This document shows positions 19,964-29,289 of a stretch of 64,000 bases of DNA, one piece after another (within the stretch, counting starts at the first letter, position 1; the number at the start of each line of letters is the position of its first letter). The notes beneath the pieces are model-generated. The model saw only the letters and a list, made by a program, of their open reading frames with translations, did not search any database and had not been told where the DNA came from. This DNA comes from an uncultured Clostridia bacterium (GTDB lineage Bacteria > Bacillota > Clostridia > TANB77 > UBA1234), in the NCBI GenBank assembly GCA_934149405.1, contig CAKPEV010000001.1:64685-128684 (forward strand), read 5' to 3'. A program made the position numbers and the translations under genes.

Positions 19964-19991
19964 ATTATATATTTTCTAAAAAATCTGTCAA
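19964..19991 (-). promoter_or_regulatory. Near-consensus sigma-A promoter (TTGACA-16-TATAAT on the minus strand), about 145 nt upstream of the SLH protein B start.
   Basis: Plus strand tgtcaa at 19986-19991 and attata at 19964-19969. Confidence 0.5.
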
Positions 19992-20166
19992 CAAAGTTTA
20001 TAAATCATTTACGGATTTTACAATTTGTTTACAAGTTGGTATATTTTTGTTTATTTAAAGTATACATAATGTAGCTTTGCTAGTTGTTACTATTTCCCTT
20101 AACTCCTTAAAACTAGCATTTCCGTAGCAATTTATCATTTTTGTAATATAACCATAGAAATATCCA

Positions 20167-20680
20167 TTAAAACATATCTAACGGATTAATAAATTTCCCA
20201 TTCCTGCGTATACCTAGATGGAGATGGACACCTGTCGTAGCCCCATTCAACTTACCATTCTCTATATATTTGGGTCCAACTTTCCCTATTTTTTCTCCAC
20301 GCTCAATTCTATCTCCTTTTTTTACAAAAATATCAGAATCCATATGTGCGTAACGAGATTCTAAATTATTTGAGTGTGAGATTATAACCATGTAGCCTCC
20401 GATATTTATCAAAACCGGAAAATTTAACAATTCCACTTTCTATTGAATGAATAAAACTTCCTTGATTGGCTAAGATATCAATTCCTTTATGGTACGTAGA
20501 CGCACCTTTGGTAGGACTTTTTCTATAACCAAATTTTGAAGATATGCCAGTAAAACTAGGCGTGGGCCAATAACATTTTGATTCAATTTTAATATTTGCT
20601 GAATTTTCACCTGATAAAATAGTGATAAAGATAGTAAAAAAAATCATCACAGAAATAAAACTATAATAAAACTTTTGCAT
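20167..20680 (-). pseudogene. M23 family metallopeptidase split into two overlapping ORFs by a +1 indel in an A4/T4 homopolymer (around 20411-20414). Probably a sequencing artefact.
   Basis: The N-terminal part carries HKGIDI. The C-terminal part carries GGYMVIISHSNNLESRYAHM...GVHLHLGIRRNG. Removing one T restores ...KFSGLINIGGYMVI... Confidence 0.7.
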
Positions 20681-20849
20681 TTTCTCTCTTTTCTAGGTCC
20701 AAGTTTTTTATATTTCCCCAACACTTGCATTTTAACACATAGATTTACTTTTTTCAATCATAAAGTACCACTCTTTCTGATTTTAATTTTTCACATGAAC
20801 TTAGTCTTTGAAACATCTGCCTTTTATATTTTAGTTTCTAACATAAAAA

Positions 20850-20899
20850 ATACTTTTTAAGTAGACTTTGGCTATTTCAAGTGTCTACTTAAAAAGTAT
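20850..20899 (-). terminator. Strong 17-bp perfect hairpin (atactttttaagtagac / gtctacttaaaaagtat) with a flanking T-run on the minus strand. Terminator of the nrd operon.
   Basis: Read directly from the sequence. Confidence 0.6.
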
Positions 20900-20922
20900 C
20901 ATATATGGCTTTTATATCTTTT

Positions 20923-21132
20923 TTATTTATTCAAATATAATTTGCAACAACATTTGCTTTCTTCTCTCATTTTTTTGCATGGACATATTGTATCATCGTT
21001 TTGTGTTATTACGCATGGGCAATGTCCATCTTTTCTTTTTATTCCTTCTAATATTTTTTCTACATGTTCGCTATTTTCATTTAATTTCATATTTGGATTT
21101 AATTTTAATCCTTTTTCTATTAGTTCGTTCAT
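20923..21132 (-). CDS. Small Cys-rich protein resembling the ferredoxin-thioredoxin reductase catalytic subunit (ferredoxin:disulfide reductase-like). Motifs CPC-x10-CPC-x8-CCC.
   Basis: ...GHCPCVITQNDDTICPCKKMREESKCCCKLYL. It is the last gene of the nrdD operon. Confidence 0.5.
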   Translation of the reverse strand: MNELIEKGLKLNPNMKLNENSEHVEKILEGIKRKDGHCPCVITQNDDTICPCKKMREESKCCCKLYLNK

Positions 21133-21146
21133 ATTCTTTACCTCTC

Positions 21147-21812
21147 CTATATTATTCCTCTTACCGTTGTTGGCAAGTATTCGTTACATTCTTTTTGTAT
21201 TTCTCTTAATTTTTCTGCAGCGTATGGTATTACTGTTTTGTTATGATCAAAATAATTTTGTAACACATATTTTTTTGAGCCAACACTTTTTAGGTATTCT
21301 GCTATTTTTAATACATTTTCTGTATTTACATACTTTGGATATACTGTTGTTCTAAACTCGTATTTTATTCCGCTTTTTAATATTATATCAACTGATTTTT
21401 TTATTTTTTCCACATCGATTTCTGTTTGTGTTATTGCATTATAATTGTCGAAATCATTTTTTATATCCATACCGACATAATCGATTTTATCTATTACTTT
21501 TTCAAGTATTTCTGGTGCATATCCATTTGTGTGTATGCCTATTACAAATCCATTATCATATAATATGTTTATTATTTTTTCAAAATCTTTATGGATTGTG
21601 CATTCTCCACCCGAAATTATTACATGATTTACGAAGTCTTTTCTTTCTAATAATTTAGGTAATATTTCTTTTTCAAAATCTAATTCTTTTTCTTTTAATA
21701 ATCCTTTATTATAACAAAATTCACAATCAAAGTTACATACTCCTGTAAACATTGTTGTACAAACATTGTCCGGATAGTCTATCATACTTGACCATATTAC
21801 TGATTTAATCAT
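21147..21812 (-). CDS. nrdG: Anaerobic ribonucleoside-triphosphate reductase activating protein NrdG (radical SAM). The start is trimmed to MIKSVIWSS..., which follows an AGGGAGG RBS.
   Basis: CNFDCEFCYN (CxxxCxxC). Confidence 0.85.
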   Translation of the reverse strand: MIKSVIWSSMIDYPDNVCTTMFTGVCNFDCEFCYNKGLLKEKELDFEKEILPKLLERKDFVNHVIISGGECTIHKDFEKIINILYDNGFVIGIHTNGYAPEILEKVIDKIDYVGMDIKNDFDNYNAITQTEIDVEKIKKSVDIILKSGIKYEFRTTVYPKYVNTENVLKIAEYLKSVGSKKYVLQNYFDHNKTVIPYAAEKLREIQKECNEYLPTTVRGII

Positions 21813-21991
21813 TTGTTTTTCCTCCCTTTGGCACATGGTTGTGTTCATCTCTTATGGAGCACACTTAAGCCATATTTATGCGATATACTTTATGCCTTTT
21901 CGTAAATTAATTTACACTACCGCATATAAAGCATTAGAAAAAATTAGGCGAGCTTTTGGGCTCGCCTTAAGACCATACTTATAATAATTTA

Positions 21992-22213
21992 TTACATTAC
22001 AACTATGCTTTTTAATTCTTCTAAATCTCCTGAATATACCTTGCCATTAACTTCTACAGCTGGCATTTGTTCTATATCTAGGCTTACAAGTTTTGCTCTT
22101 GCTTTAAAATCCTCTTCTACATTTGTTTCTTCATATGATATATGACTATTCTTCATATAAGATTTTAGCTCCTCACACATTGGACAGTTTGGTATTGTGT
22201 ATGTTTTTATCAT
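21992..22213 (-). CDS. NrdH/glutaredoxin-like small redoxin (thioredoxin fold, CPMC active site).
   Basis: MIKTYTIPNCPMCEELK... 73 aa. Confidence 0.7.
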   Translation of the reverse strand: MIKTYTIPNCPMCEELKSYMKNSHISYEETNVEEDFKARAKLVSLDIEQMPAVEVNGKVYSGDLEELKSIVVM

Positions 22214-22253
22214 AATAATTTCCCCCTAAAATATTTTCTTATTATGTTTTTAT

Positions 22254-24446
22254 TTAAGCTTTGTCGATTTCAGCTTTTTGTTTTGCAACTTGTTCTGGAT
22301 CAATGTTTTCTCTTAATCTATCTGCAAGTTCTGCTCTCTTTCCGCTATTGAATTTGTCTATAAATACATAGTAACCTGTAATTCTTGTAACCCCTCTTAA
22401 ATTGATGCTTCCGCATTTTGGACATTGGTCTAATAATCCGTTGCTCTTTGTTCTGCAATCTTGGCAAAGTGTATATTCTGGTGAAAGAACCCATTGTACA
22501 CATTTTGTTTTATACCAAGTTGTTTCAAGCAAATTATATATTGCTTTTGGACTTGGAGCATTATTTCCAGACCAAATATGAATCATGCTTCCAGCTTCGA
22601 CTAATGTATGAAATTTTGATTGTTTTTGTAATCTTGTTATATAATCAACGTCACTGTCTGCTGCGAAGTGAACAGAGTTTGTGTAATATACGCCAAAACT
22701 ATTTTCTTTGTGATATGCTAAATCTCCATATTTCTTAATATCTAGTTTTGCAAATCTACCAGCTGTGCTTTCTGCTGGTGTCTCTTCTAGTTTTATTGCT
22801 ATGCCATATTTTTTAGATAGCTCTTTTGTTTTTTGATACATGAATGAAACTATTTCTAATCCTAACATATAAGCTTCATCTGACTCATGTAATTGTTGTC
22901 CTATTAAGTTATATACGCACTCGTTTAGTCCAACGATTCCTATTAAGTATGATATATTTTTTAATCTTATGTATGCTTTTCCATCCATTCCTTTTGTATA
23001 GAAGCTTAATGGTGAATTTTCTAAGCTTGCTAGTTTCCATACATAATTTTGTCTTTGAATATGAGCTCTAGCACACATATCCATTCTCTTTTCAAGTTCT
23101 TGATAGAAAGCTTCTTTATTCTTTCCAACTTTAAGTGGAATGTTTGGCATGTTTATTGAAACATTTTGTCCACCAACAAATCTTAATTCTTCTGGTGTGT
23201 TTATTAACTTTTTATCCTCTTCTGAGAAATCTATTTTTAGTCTGCAACATTGTGAAACTGAAAATGCATTTCTGTCGAATATGAAATAAGGGCATCCATT
23301 TTTACTTGCTGATTCACAAGCAACCATAAGCAATGCTTTTGTTTTTGGATCTGTGAAGCATTCTTCGTTTATATGTAAATTTATCTTTGGGAAAGCAAAT
23401 GGCATTCCATCTGCATCGCCTTCTCCAACAACCTCTAGTAATGCTTTTGCAAACAATCTAGATTCTTTTTCGAAATCTTTATATAATAAAACTCTGTATC
23501 CATTTTCTTCTGCAAATGCTTTTGCTTCTTCTTGAGTATCAAATCTAAAGATGTTGTCTAATTCATCTGTTACCATATATTTGCCTTTTGGTCCCATTGC
23601 ATAAACTGATGCATAGTGATGAGGAATTGATGCATAAACATTAAAATCTGAGAATGCAACTTGTCCACCTCTAGCTCCTGCAAGTTGAGATAAGTCAAAT
23701 ATAAGTGTTTGTGCTAATTGTTTAATGTCTTTGTATGGCATACCTACAAGTAGTGGGGCAAAGAATACATTTATTGCTTCCCAACCAATTGCTCCTGCAA
23801 ATTGACCTTGTAAGAATTGTGTAAATGAACATATATGTCTTGCTAAAACATTTGCACTATTTGCTGGTTTTGAATTTGATGGAATTGTAGGTATATTTCT
23901 AATTCCGTTCTTTTTAACATACTCTGGTGAGTGTCCACTACAATAGAATCTGTCTATCATTCCTAAGTCGTGGATATGTAATTCACCAGCCAAGTGTGCT
24001 CTTGAAATATCTTGATCAAATACATTTTTTAATGCATACTCTTTCAAAATTCTTTCAGCTAATGTAAGGTTGATTGATTCTGGATTGTGTGCTGTGTTTC
24101 CATTTTCTTTATTTGCGTTTTCGATAATCTCTGTAATGTTGTAGAATGGAATTGAAGCTTCAGAATTATTCTTTAACTCTTTATTTAAACCTTTCTCTAG
24201 TAATACATTGTTAACCATTGATCTTATAAGAGATGTACTAACTTGTGTTAGGTTTGCACTCATTAGTCTTTCTGTAACAATTCCTGCAACTTCTTTTGCA
24301 AGTGGTTTGTCACAACCGGCTTCTCTTATTAGTGCGTCAACGATTGCACTTTCATCGTACTCTTGTGATTCTGCTTTTGTTGCTGAGTCAACCATTAGCG
24401 CTATGTCTAATGCGTTGTTTTCTCTTTTTAATTTGATTACGTTCAT
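22254..24446 (-). CDS. nrdD: Anaerobic (class III) ribonucleoside-triphosphate reductase NrdD. It has an N-terminal ATP-cone, a C-terminal Zn ribbon and the glycyl-radical motif.
   Basis: C-terminus CQDCRTKSNGLLDQCPKCGS...TRITGYY. Confidence 0.95.
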   Translation of the reverse strand: MNVIKLKRENNALDIALMVDSATKAESQEYDESAIVDALIREAGCDKPLAKEVAGIVTERLMSANLTQVSTSLIRSMVNNVLLEKGLNKELKNNSEASIPFYNITEIIENANKENGNTAHNPESINLTLAERILKEYALKNVFDQDISRAHLAGELHIHDLGMIDRFYCSGHSPEYVKKNGIRNIPTIPSNSKPANSANVLARHICSFTQFLQGQFAGAIGWEAINVFFAPLLVGMPYKDIKQLAQTLIFDLSQLAGARGGQVAFSDFNVYASIPHHYASVYAMGPKGKYMVTDELDNIFRFDTQEEAKAFAEENGYRVLLYKDFEKESRLFAKALLEVVGEGDADGMPFAFPKINLHINEECFTDPKTKALLMVACESASKNGCPYFIFDRNAFSVSQCCRLKIDFSEEDKKLINTPEELRFVGGQNVSINMPNIPLKVGKNKEAFYQELEKRMDMCARAHIQRQNYVWKLASLENSPLSFYTKGMDGKAYIRLKNISYLIGIVGLNECVYNLIGQQLHESDEAYMLGLEIVSFMYQKTKELSKKYGIAIKLEETPAESTAGRFAKLDIKKYGDLAYHKENSFGVYYTNSVHFAADSDVDYITRLQKQSKFHTLVEAGSMIHIWSGNNAPSPKAIYNLLETTWYKTKCVQWVLSPEYTLCQDCRTKSNGLLDQCPKCGSINLRGVTRITGYYVFIDKFNSGKRAELADRLRENIDPEQVAKQKAEIDKA

Positions 24447-24891
24447 TACTAAAACCCCCTCTTATGTTTTTACATTTTTGTTTTCTTTTGTAATTGTTGT
24501 CCTTTTATCTTTTGTATTTTTTATCTATATTTATAATTAAAATCTTCTTAAAAAATTATCGAATCATTTTTAAAATCTAAAATCATTTTAACACAACTAA
24601 ACGATTTTTTACAACAAAAAAAGCAAAAAAAATAATCTTTTTTATTTGCCAGCAAATCAGCCTATATCAAGCATTACACGGTTTCCATTAAAAGTAAAAC
24701 TGTATTATGTTTTTTGTGTTTACATATGTGTATTTACATAGTTTTCTTATGTCAATTTTTTATTTTATAATGATTTATATAATTAATTTTATGTAATTTT
24801 TAAAACAGATTTTATTTGAAATTTTTATTTAAATAAATCTAACTAGAATTTATTTTAAAATGTAAATTTAATAATATATAAATTTCCTATC

Positions 24892-24946
24892 ATAAAAAAA
24901 TGAATTATCATTATTAATCAACTTGATTTTATAATGATAATTCATT
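24892..24946 (-). terminator. Terminator for 24961..25587. A 16-bp inverted repeat (aatgaattatcattat / ataatgataattcatt) plus a T-run on the minus strand.
   Basis: Read directly from the sequence. Confidence 0.6.
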
Positions 24947-24960
24947 TTAATTAGTTATTA

Positions 24961-25587
24961 TTAAAATTTAATGCTTTTAATTATTCGATTTATTTCTTTT
25001 TCATTATTTTCAAAGAATTTTTTTGGCGTTATAAAAGTTACTGTTATTTCTTTATCTGGCAAAGATATTAAATATGCTGTTAAAATCGAATTTTCTTTTT
25101 TGCCTTCTACTTCTATCGTAACCTTTCCAATCTGCTCTCCATTAATTTGTATTACTTCCTTCTCTGTGGTTACTATTTTCGCCTCATCATTATATATCTT
25201 AAACATAACAACATATCTCTTGCAAATCTCTTCCATCGTTAATTGCGTTTTTTCTTTATTTATTGCTTCTATAATTAATCTTATTTGTTTTTTATCATTT
25301 TTCAATTCTTCCAATACTTCAACAAATTTTAAGTTTTTCATATAATCAGATATTTGTTCTCCAGATTCCGTCACTGTCAAATTTGATAAAATATTTTTTT
25401 CACTATCTCCAGATTTTTTTTCATCTTTATATAAATTAGAGTATGAAATTTCAAAGTTATATTGTTCATACTCGTGCTTTACTAGCTTATTTTCTTTTAT
25501 TCTTTCAAATAAAAAACTACCTATTCCAAATATTATACCTAATAATATAATTATTAATATTAACTTGTACCCAGTTTTTTTCATCAT
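24961..25587 (-). CDS. Hypothetical membrane-anchored protein (N-terminal TM, Lys/Glu-rich ectodomain).
   Basis: N-terminal TM KLILIIILLGIIFGIGSFLF. Confidence 0.5.
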   Translation of the reverse strand: MMKKTGYKLILIIILLGIIFGIGSFLFERIKENKLVKHEYEQYNFEISYSNLYKDEKKSGDSEKNILSNLTVTESGEQISDYMKNLKFVEVLEELKNDKKQIRLIIEAINKEKTQLTMEEICKRYVVMFKIYNDEAKIVTTEKEVIQINGEQIGKVTIEVEGKKENSILTAYLISLPDKEITVTFITPKKFFENNEKEINRIIKSIKF

Positions 25588-25699
25588 TTTTATTCCTTTC
25601 TTTTTATTTTACTACATATTATCATTTTTAATTTAATACTTCAAGTAGACTTTTTTTGCATTTTAGAGTATAATCTTTTGCTAGAAAGGACGTGTTTTT

Positions 25700-27373
25700 A
25701 TGGCTTTTGATGGCATTACAACAAAAAATATTTTAATCGAATTAAATAATAATTTAATAAATGCTCGCATAGAAAAAATATATGTTCCTACCAAAAATGA
25801 TATTTTTCTATGCTTTCACACTAAAAACAGAGATAATTTAAAATTGCTTATTTCTATAGATGCAAATAATGCAAGAATTCATTTTTCTAATAACGTAAAG
25901 GAAAATCCTTCAAAAGCACCTCAAATATGCATGATTTTAAGAAAACATTTACAAGGTGCTAAGCTATTATCTATTTCTCAATATGGACTTGATAGGGTTA
26001 TAACCTTTAAATTTGAAAATATAAATGAACTTGGCGATTTAGTTCAAAAATCACTAATTGTTGAACTTATGGGAAAATACAGTAATGTAATATTAATAGA
26101 TGACAAAGAAAAAATTATTGATTCAATGCGACATGTTGATATTACTATGAGTTCTGTACGTGAGGTGTTGCCTAACAAAAATTATATTTTACCAACCACA
26201 CTTGGAAAGAAGAATTTTACTGCATTATCTTTTGATGAATTTTCAGAAACTCTAATTAATTCTGATTCTTTAGATTTGCCTAGTGCGATTTCAAATAATC
26301 TTATTGGATTTAGCAAATCATTTGTTAATTCATTTTTAAAAGAATTGCAATTATCAAATGTTGATGTATCAAGAGAAAATTTGAAGATAATTTACGATAA
26401 ATTAATTGATGTTTTTAAGACTATGGAGAATGCATCATTCAATTTCAAAATGACAGAAAACGAAAAAGATTATCACTTAGATATTAATGATATTTGCAAA
26501 GAAAACTTAGCTTTATCAACGTTTTTAGATGAATACTATTCTAAAAAAGAAAGTGTGTCTCTAATAAAAAATGCAAAAATGAATATCGAACATGACGTTA
26601 ATTCTCACATTTCTAAATTGAGTAAAAAATTAGCAAATGTTAATGAAATTTTATTAGATAGCGAAAACTTAGAAAAATATAAACAGTTTGGTGAACTATT
26701 AAATTGCAATATGCATAATTTGAGCATTGGAATGGAAAAAATAGACGTAATTAATTTTTATGACAATAATAATTTAATTACTATTCCTCTACAAAAAAAT
26801 CTTACTCCATCAAGAAATGCTCAAAACTATTTTAAAAAATATAACAAATTAAAGAATTCAATAGTTCATGCAACCGCTTACAAAAAAGAATTTGAAACAG
26901 ATATCGATTATTTAAACTCTGTTGTATGCGAATTAGAGCTTGCTGAATCACTAAAAGAAATTGATGAGATTCGTGAAGAATTAGTAAGTAGTGGATATAT
27001 TAAAAAAGCGTATAAATCAAATAAAAAGCGTGACGACTTACCTTCGGAGCCAATAAAATATGAATATAACGGCATTACAATTCTTGTTGGAAGAAACAAC
27101 GTTCAAAATGATAAACTTACATTTAAAATTGCCAAAAAGACAGATATGTGGCTGCACACAAAAAAGATTCATGGAAGCCATGTGATAATAAAAAGTGATA
27201 ATGTTTCAGATGACGTACTGCTTTATGCTGCCAAACTCGCTGTTATGCACAGTGCCGGAAAGAATTCTTCTAAAGTAGAAGTAGACTATACACAAGTAAA
27301 ATTCGTCCATAAAGAAGCTGGTGCAAAACCAGGAATGGTTGTTTACACAGACTATCACACTGTAATAGTTTAA
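25700..27373 (+). CDS. rqcH: Ribosome quality control factor RqcH (NFACT / FbpA family).
   Basis: N-terminal MAFDGITTKNILIELNN..., coiled-coil middle region, and C-terminal NFACT-R (...WLHTKKIHGSHVII...). Confidence 0.85.
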   Translation: MAFDGITTKNILIELNNNLINARIEKIYVPTKNDIFLCFHTKNRDNLKLLISIDANNARIHFSNNVKENPSKAPQICMILRKHLQGAKLLSISQYGLDRVITFKFENINELGDLVQKSLIVELMGKYSNVILIDDKEKIIDSMRHVDITMSSVREVLPNKNYILPTTLGKKNFTALSFDEFSETLINSDSLDLPSAISNNLIGFSKSFVNSFLKELQLSNVDVSRENLKIIYDKLIDVFKTMENASFNFKMTENEKDYHLDINDICKENLALSTFLDEYYSKKESVSLIKNAKMNIEHDVNSHISKLSKKLANVNEILLDSENLEKYKQFGELLNCNMHNLSIGMEKIDVINFYDNNNLITIPLQKNLTPSRNAQNYFKKYNKLKNSIVHATAYKKEFETDIDYLNSVVCELELAESLKEIDEIREELVSSGYIKKAYKSNKKRDDLPSEPIKYEYNGITILVGRNNVQNDKLTFKIAKKTDMWLHTKKIHGSHVIIKSDNVSDDVLLYAAKLAVMHSAGKNSSKVEVDYTQVKFVHKEAGAKPGMVVYTDYHTVIV

Positions 27374-27410
27374 AAAGCAAATCACTACTAGAATTTTGTC
27401 TTTTAACGTA

Positions 27411-27458
27411 AAAAGTCCATCCAATGCTGAAATATATAGCATTGAGTGGACTTTTTAT
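27411..27458 (+). terminator. Hairpin (16-bp stem with one mismatch) plus T-run after rqcH.
   Basis: aagtccatccaatgct...agcattgagtggactttttatt. Confidence 0.55.
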
Positions 27459-27504
27459 TTACTCGATACTTTCATGCGTGCTTAATAAATTATTTTTTCT
27501 TTAT

Positions 27505-28833
27505 CTATGCACACATTTTCAAATTAGGTTTAAAGTTCTTTTTCGAATATGTTTTTATTAAAATCTTTTTGTCTTTTACAAATTTCAAATTTTCGTTAAT
27601 TTCAATAGCCTCAATAATTTCATACTTCTTTTCTGCTAATTCTTTAAAATTGCTTATATCCCTAATACTTACGCCTTCGAATTTTGTTTTTTTCCATGGA
27701 ATATTTATTTTTATTTCAATTGGTTTTACTTTGATTATTTTTGCATATGCATCCGCTCTTTTTCTGATTCTTATTTCATCTTCGCTTTCATATGCAGTCT
27801 CATTTAAAGCATCCTTGTAATACTCCCAAAATGCCTTGCTTTCATTATCTAATGCCCATAATCCAGCACCCAACAAATTATATTTATTTATAAGCTTTAA
27901 TTTTGCTTTTATGCTATTTTCATTTTCATACCATATATTGTATACACCTGCATCTAGATATCTTCCATTAACAAATGCATTTGTACGTATTTCATCAATC
28001 TCCACCTTTAGCTTTGGTGTCATCGTGTGAGTATCAAATTCCGGAACATTCCTATACTTCTTAATTATATTTTCAACACAACCGATTACTATGGCCTCTC
28101 CTCCATATTCTTCTCCCTCTTTCCAAAACCTGCCGTACAATGGTATTCCAAGTACTAACTTGTCTTTAGAAACATTTTCTAGGACTGCTTTTATTGACTT
28201 TTCAACAAAGTCAATACCCGCTACAGGTCCCGGACTTCCACCTTGGCAATGTTCATCATATGCCATTAAAATTAAATAATCCGTGCACTGAGCCAACTTT
28301 TCGTAATCATATGCAGCTACCCACGTCGTTTCAAGTTTTTCTGGATTAGCTGCAACAGCAATTGATAACATTTTATCATCTGGAAGCGCTTCTCTAAGTA
28401 GTTCCATAAATGTTGTTAATTTATTTCTATAACCGCTTGTTAAATTTTCAAGATCTATATTTATTCCGTCTAAATCATATTCGTTTACAGCATTTACAAT
28501 ATCCTCAACTAATTTTTCCGGCTTATCCAATGCTTTTTTCGCCTTTTTTCTCTCCCAATGGTTACTTAAAAAAGGGGTTACTTTTATATTTTTCTCATGC
28601 ATTTCTGCTATAAATTCTTTATTCATTAAGCTATTTATAACAAGTCTTCCATTTGAATTTAAATCAAAGCTAGTTGGGGAAACTACGTTTACCGACTCAT
28701 TGGTGTTTTCAACTATCTGCGAGTGGGTTATTGAAGAATTGTATATGTATCCAATGCTTAGACGCTCTTTCGCTAATGTCGACGTTGGAATAGCTATTAT
28801 AATTAGACTTGCTATTAACATTGCTTTCTTCAT
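27505..28833 (-). CDS. Secreted GH18-family (chitinase-like / YaaH-like) hydrolase with a C-terminal extension. The start is trimmed to MKKAMLIASL...
   Basis: DLDGINIDLE catalytic DxxDxDxE. Signal peptide. Confidence 0.8.
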   Translation of the reverse strand: MKKAMLIASLIIIAIPTSTLAKERLSIGYIYNSSITHSQIVENTNESVNVVSPTSFDLNSNGRLVINSLMNKEFIAEMHEKNIKVTPFLSNHWERKKAKKALDKPEKLVEDIVNAVNEYDLDGINIDLENLTSGYRNKLTTFMELLREALPDDKMLSIAVAANPEKLETTWVAAYDYEKLAQCTDYLILMAYDEHCQGGSPGPVAGIDFVEKSIKAVLENVSKDKLVLGIPLYGRFWKEGEEYGGEAIVIGCVENIIKKYRNVPEFDTHTMTPKLKVEIDEIRTNAFVNGRYLDAGVYNIWYENENSIKAKLKLINKYNLLGAGLWALDNESKAFWEYYKDALNETAYESEDEIRIRKRADAYAKIIKVKPIEIKINIPWKKTKFEGVSIRDISNFKELAEKKYEIIEAIEINENLKFVKDKKILIKTYSKKNFKPNLKMCA

Positions 28834-29000
28834 ATACTCACCCTCTTCCTTTGTTATCATATATAAATATTTTAACATCATATACAGGGCTTTTCAATGG
28901 GTAAAAGCCTTGTAACCCTTGTGGCTCTTATATCCGTACAAAAGAAAATTTTCAAAAGAAAAAGGAATGATTAAGGTTATTAATCATTCCTTTTTGAATT

Positions 29001-29216
29001 TTACCGTTCGTTCTTACGGGTTACTATTGCCATGATAATTGTTACAATGATTGAAATTATCATACAACACACAATTGTCCGCCAATCCGTAGCAATTCCA
29101 AAAGCTTTCGAAGCGCTTGCAATAATCGCCTTAATTGCTTCAAAAACCTCGTAAGCTATGAAAACCGTAAGAACTGTCCCTGCCCATAATGCAAGAAAAT
29201 TCCATAAATGTTTCAT
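29001..29216 (-). CDS. Small two-TM membrane protein, hypothetical.
   Basis: Hydrophobic 71-aa ORF with no family assigned. Confidence 0.3.
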   Translation of the reverse strand: MKHLWNFLALWAGTVLTVFIAYEVFEAIKAIIASASKAFGIATDWRTIVCCMIISIIVTIIMAIVTRKNER

Positions 29217-29289
29217 TATGAACTCCTTATATAATTTTTTTATTGCAAGAATATATTAACATAATTTGTGTAAAATGTCAACCTTATCC

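Noticed and set aside
24447-24900. NrdR box upstream of nrdD (gtgtttacatatgtgt).
   Set aside because: The motif is a direct repeat, not a palindrome, so it does not fit the NrdR-box consensus. No confident NrdR site could be called by eye.
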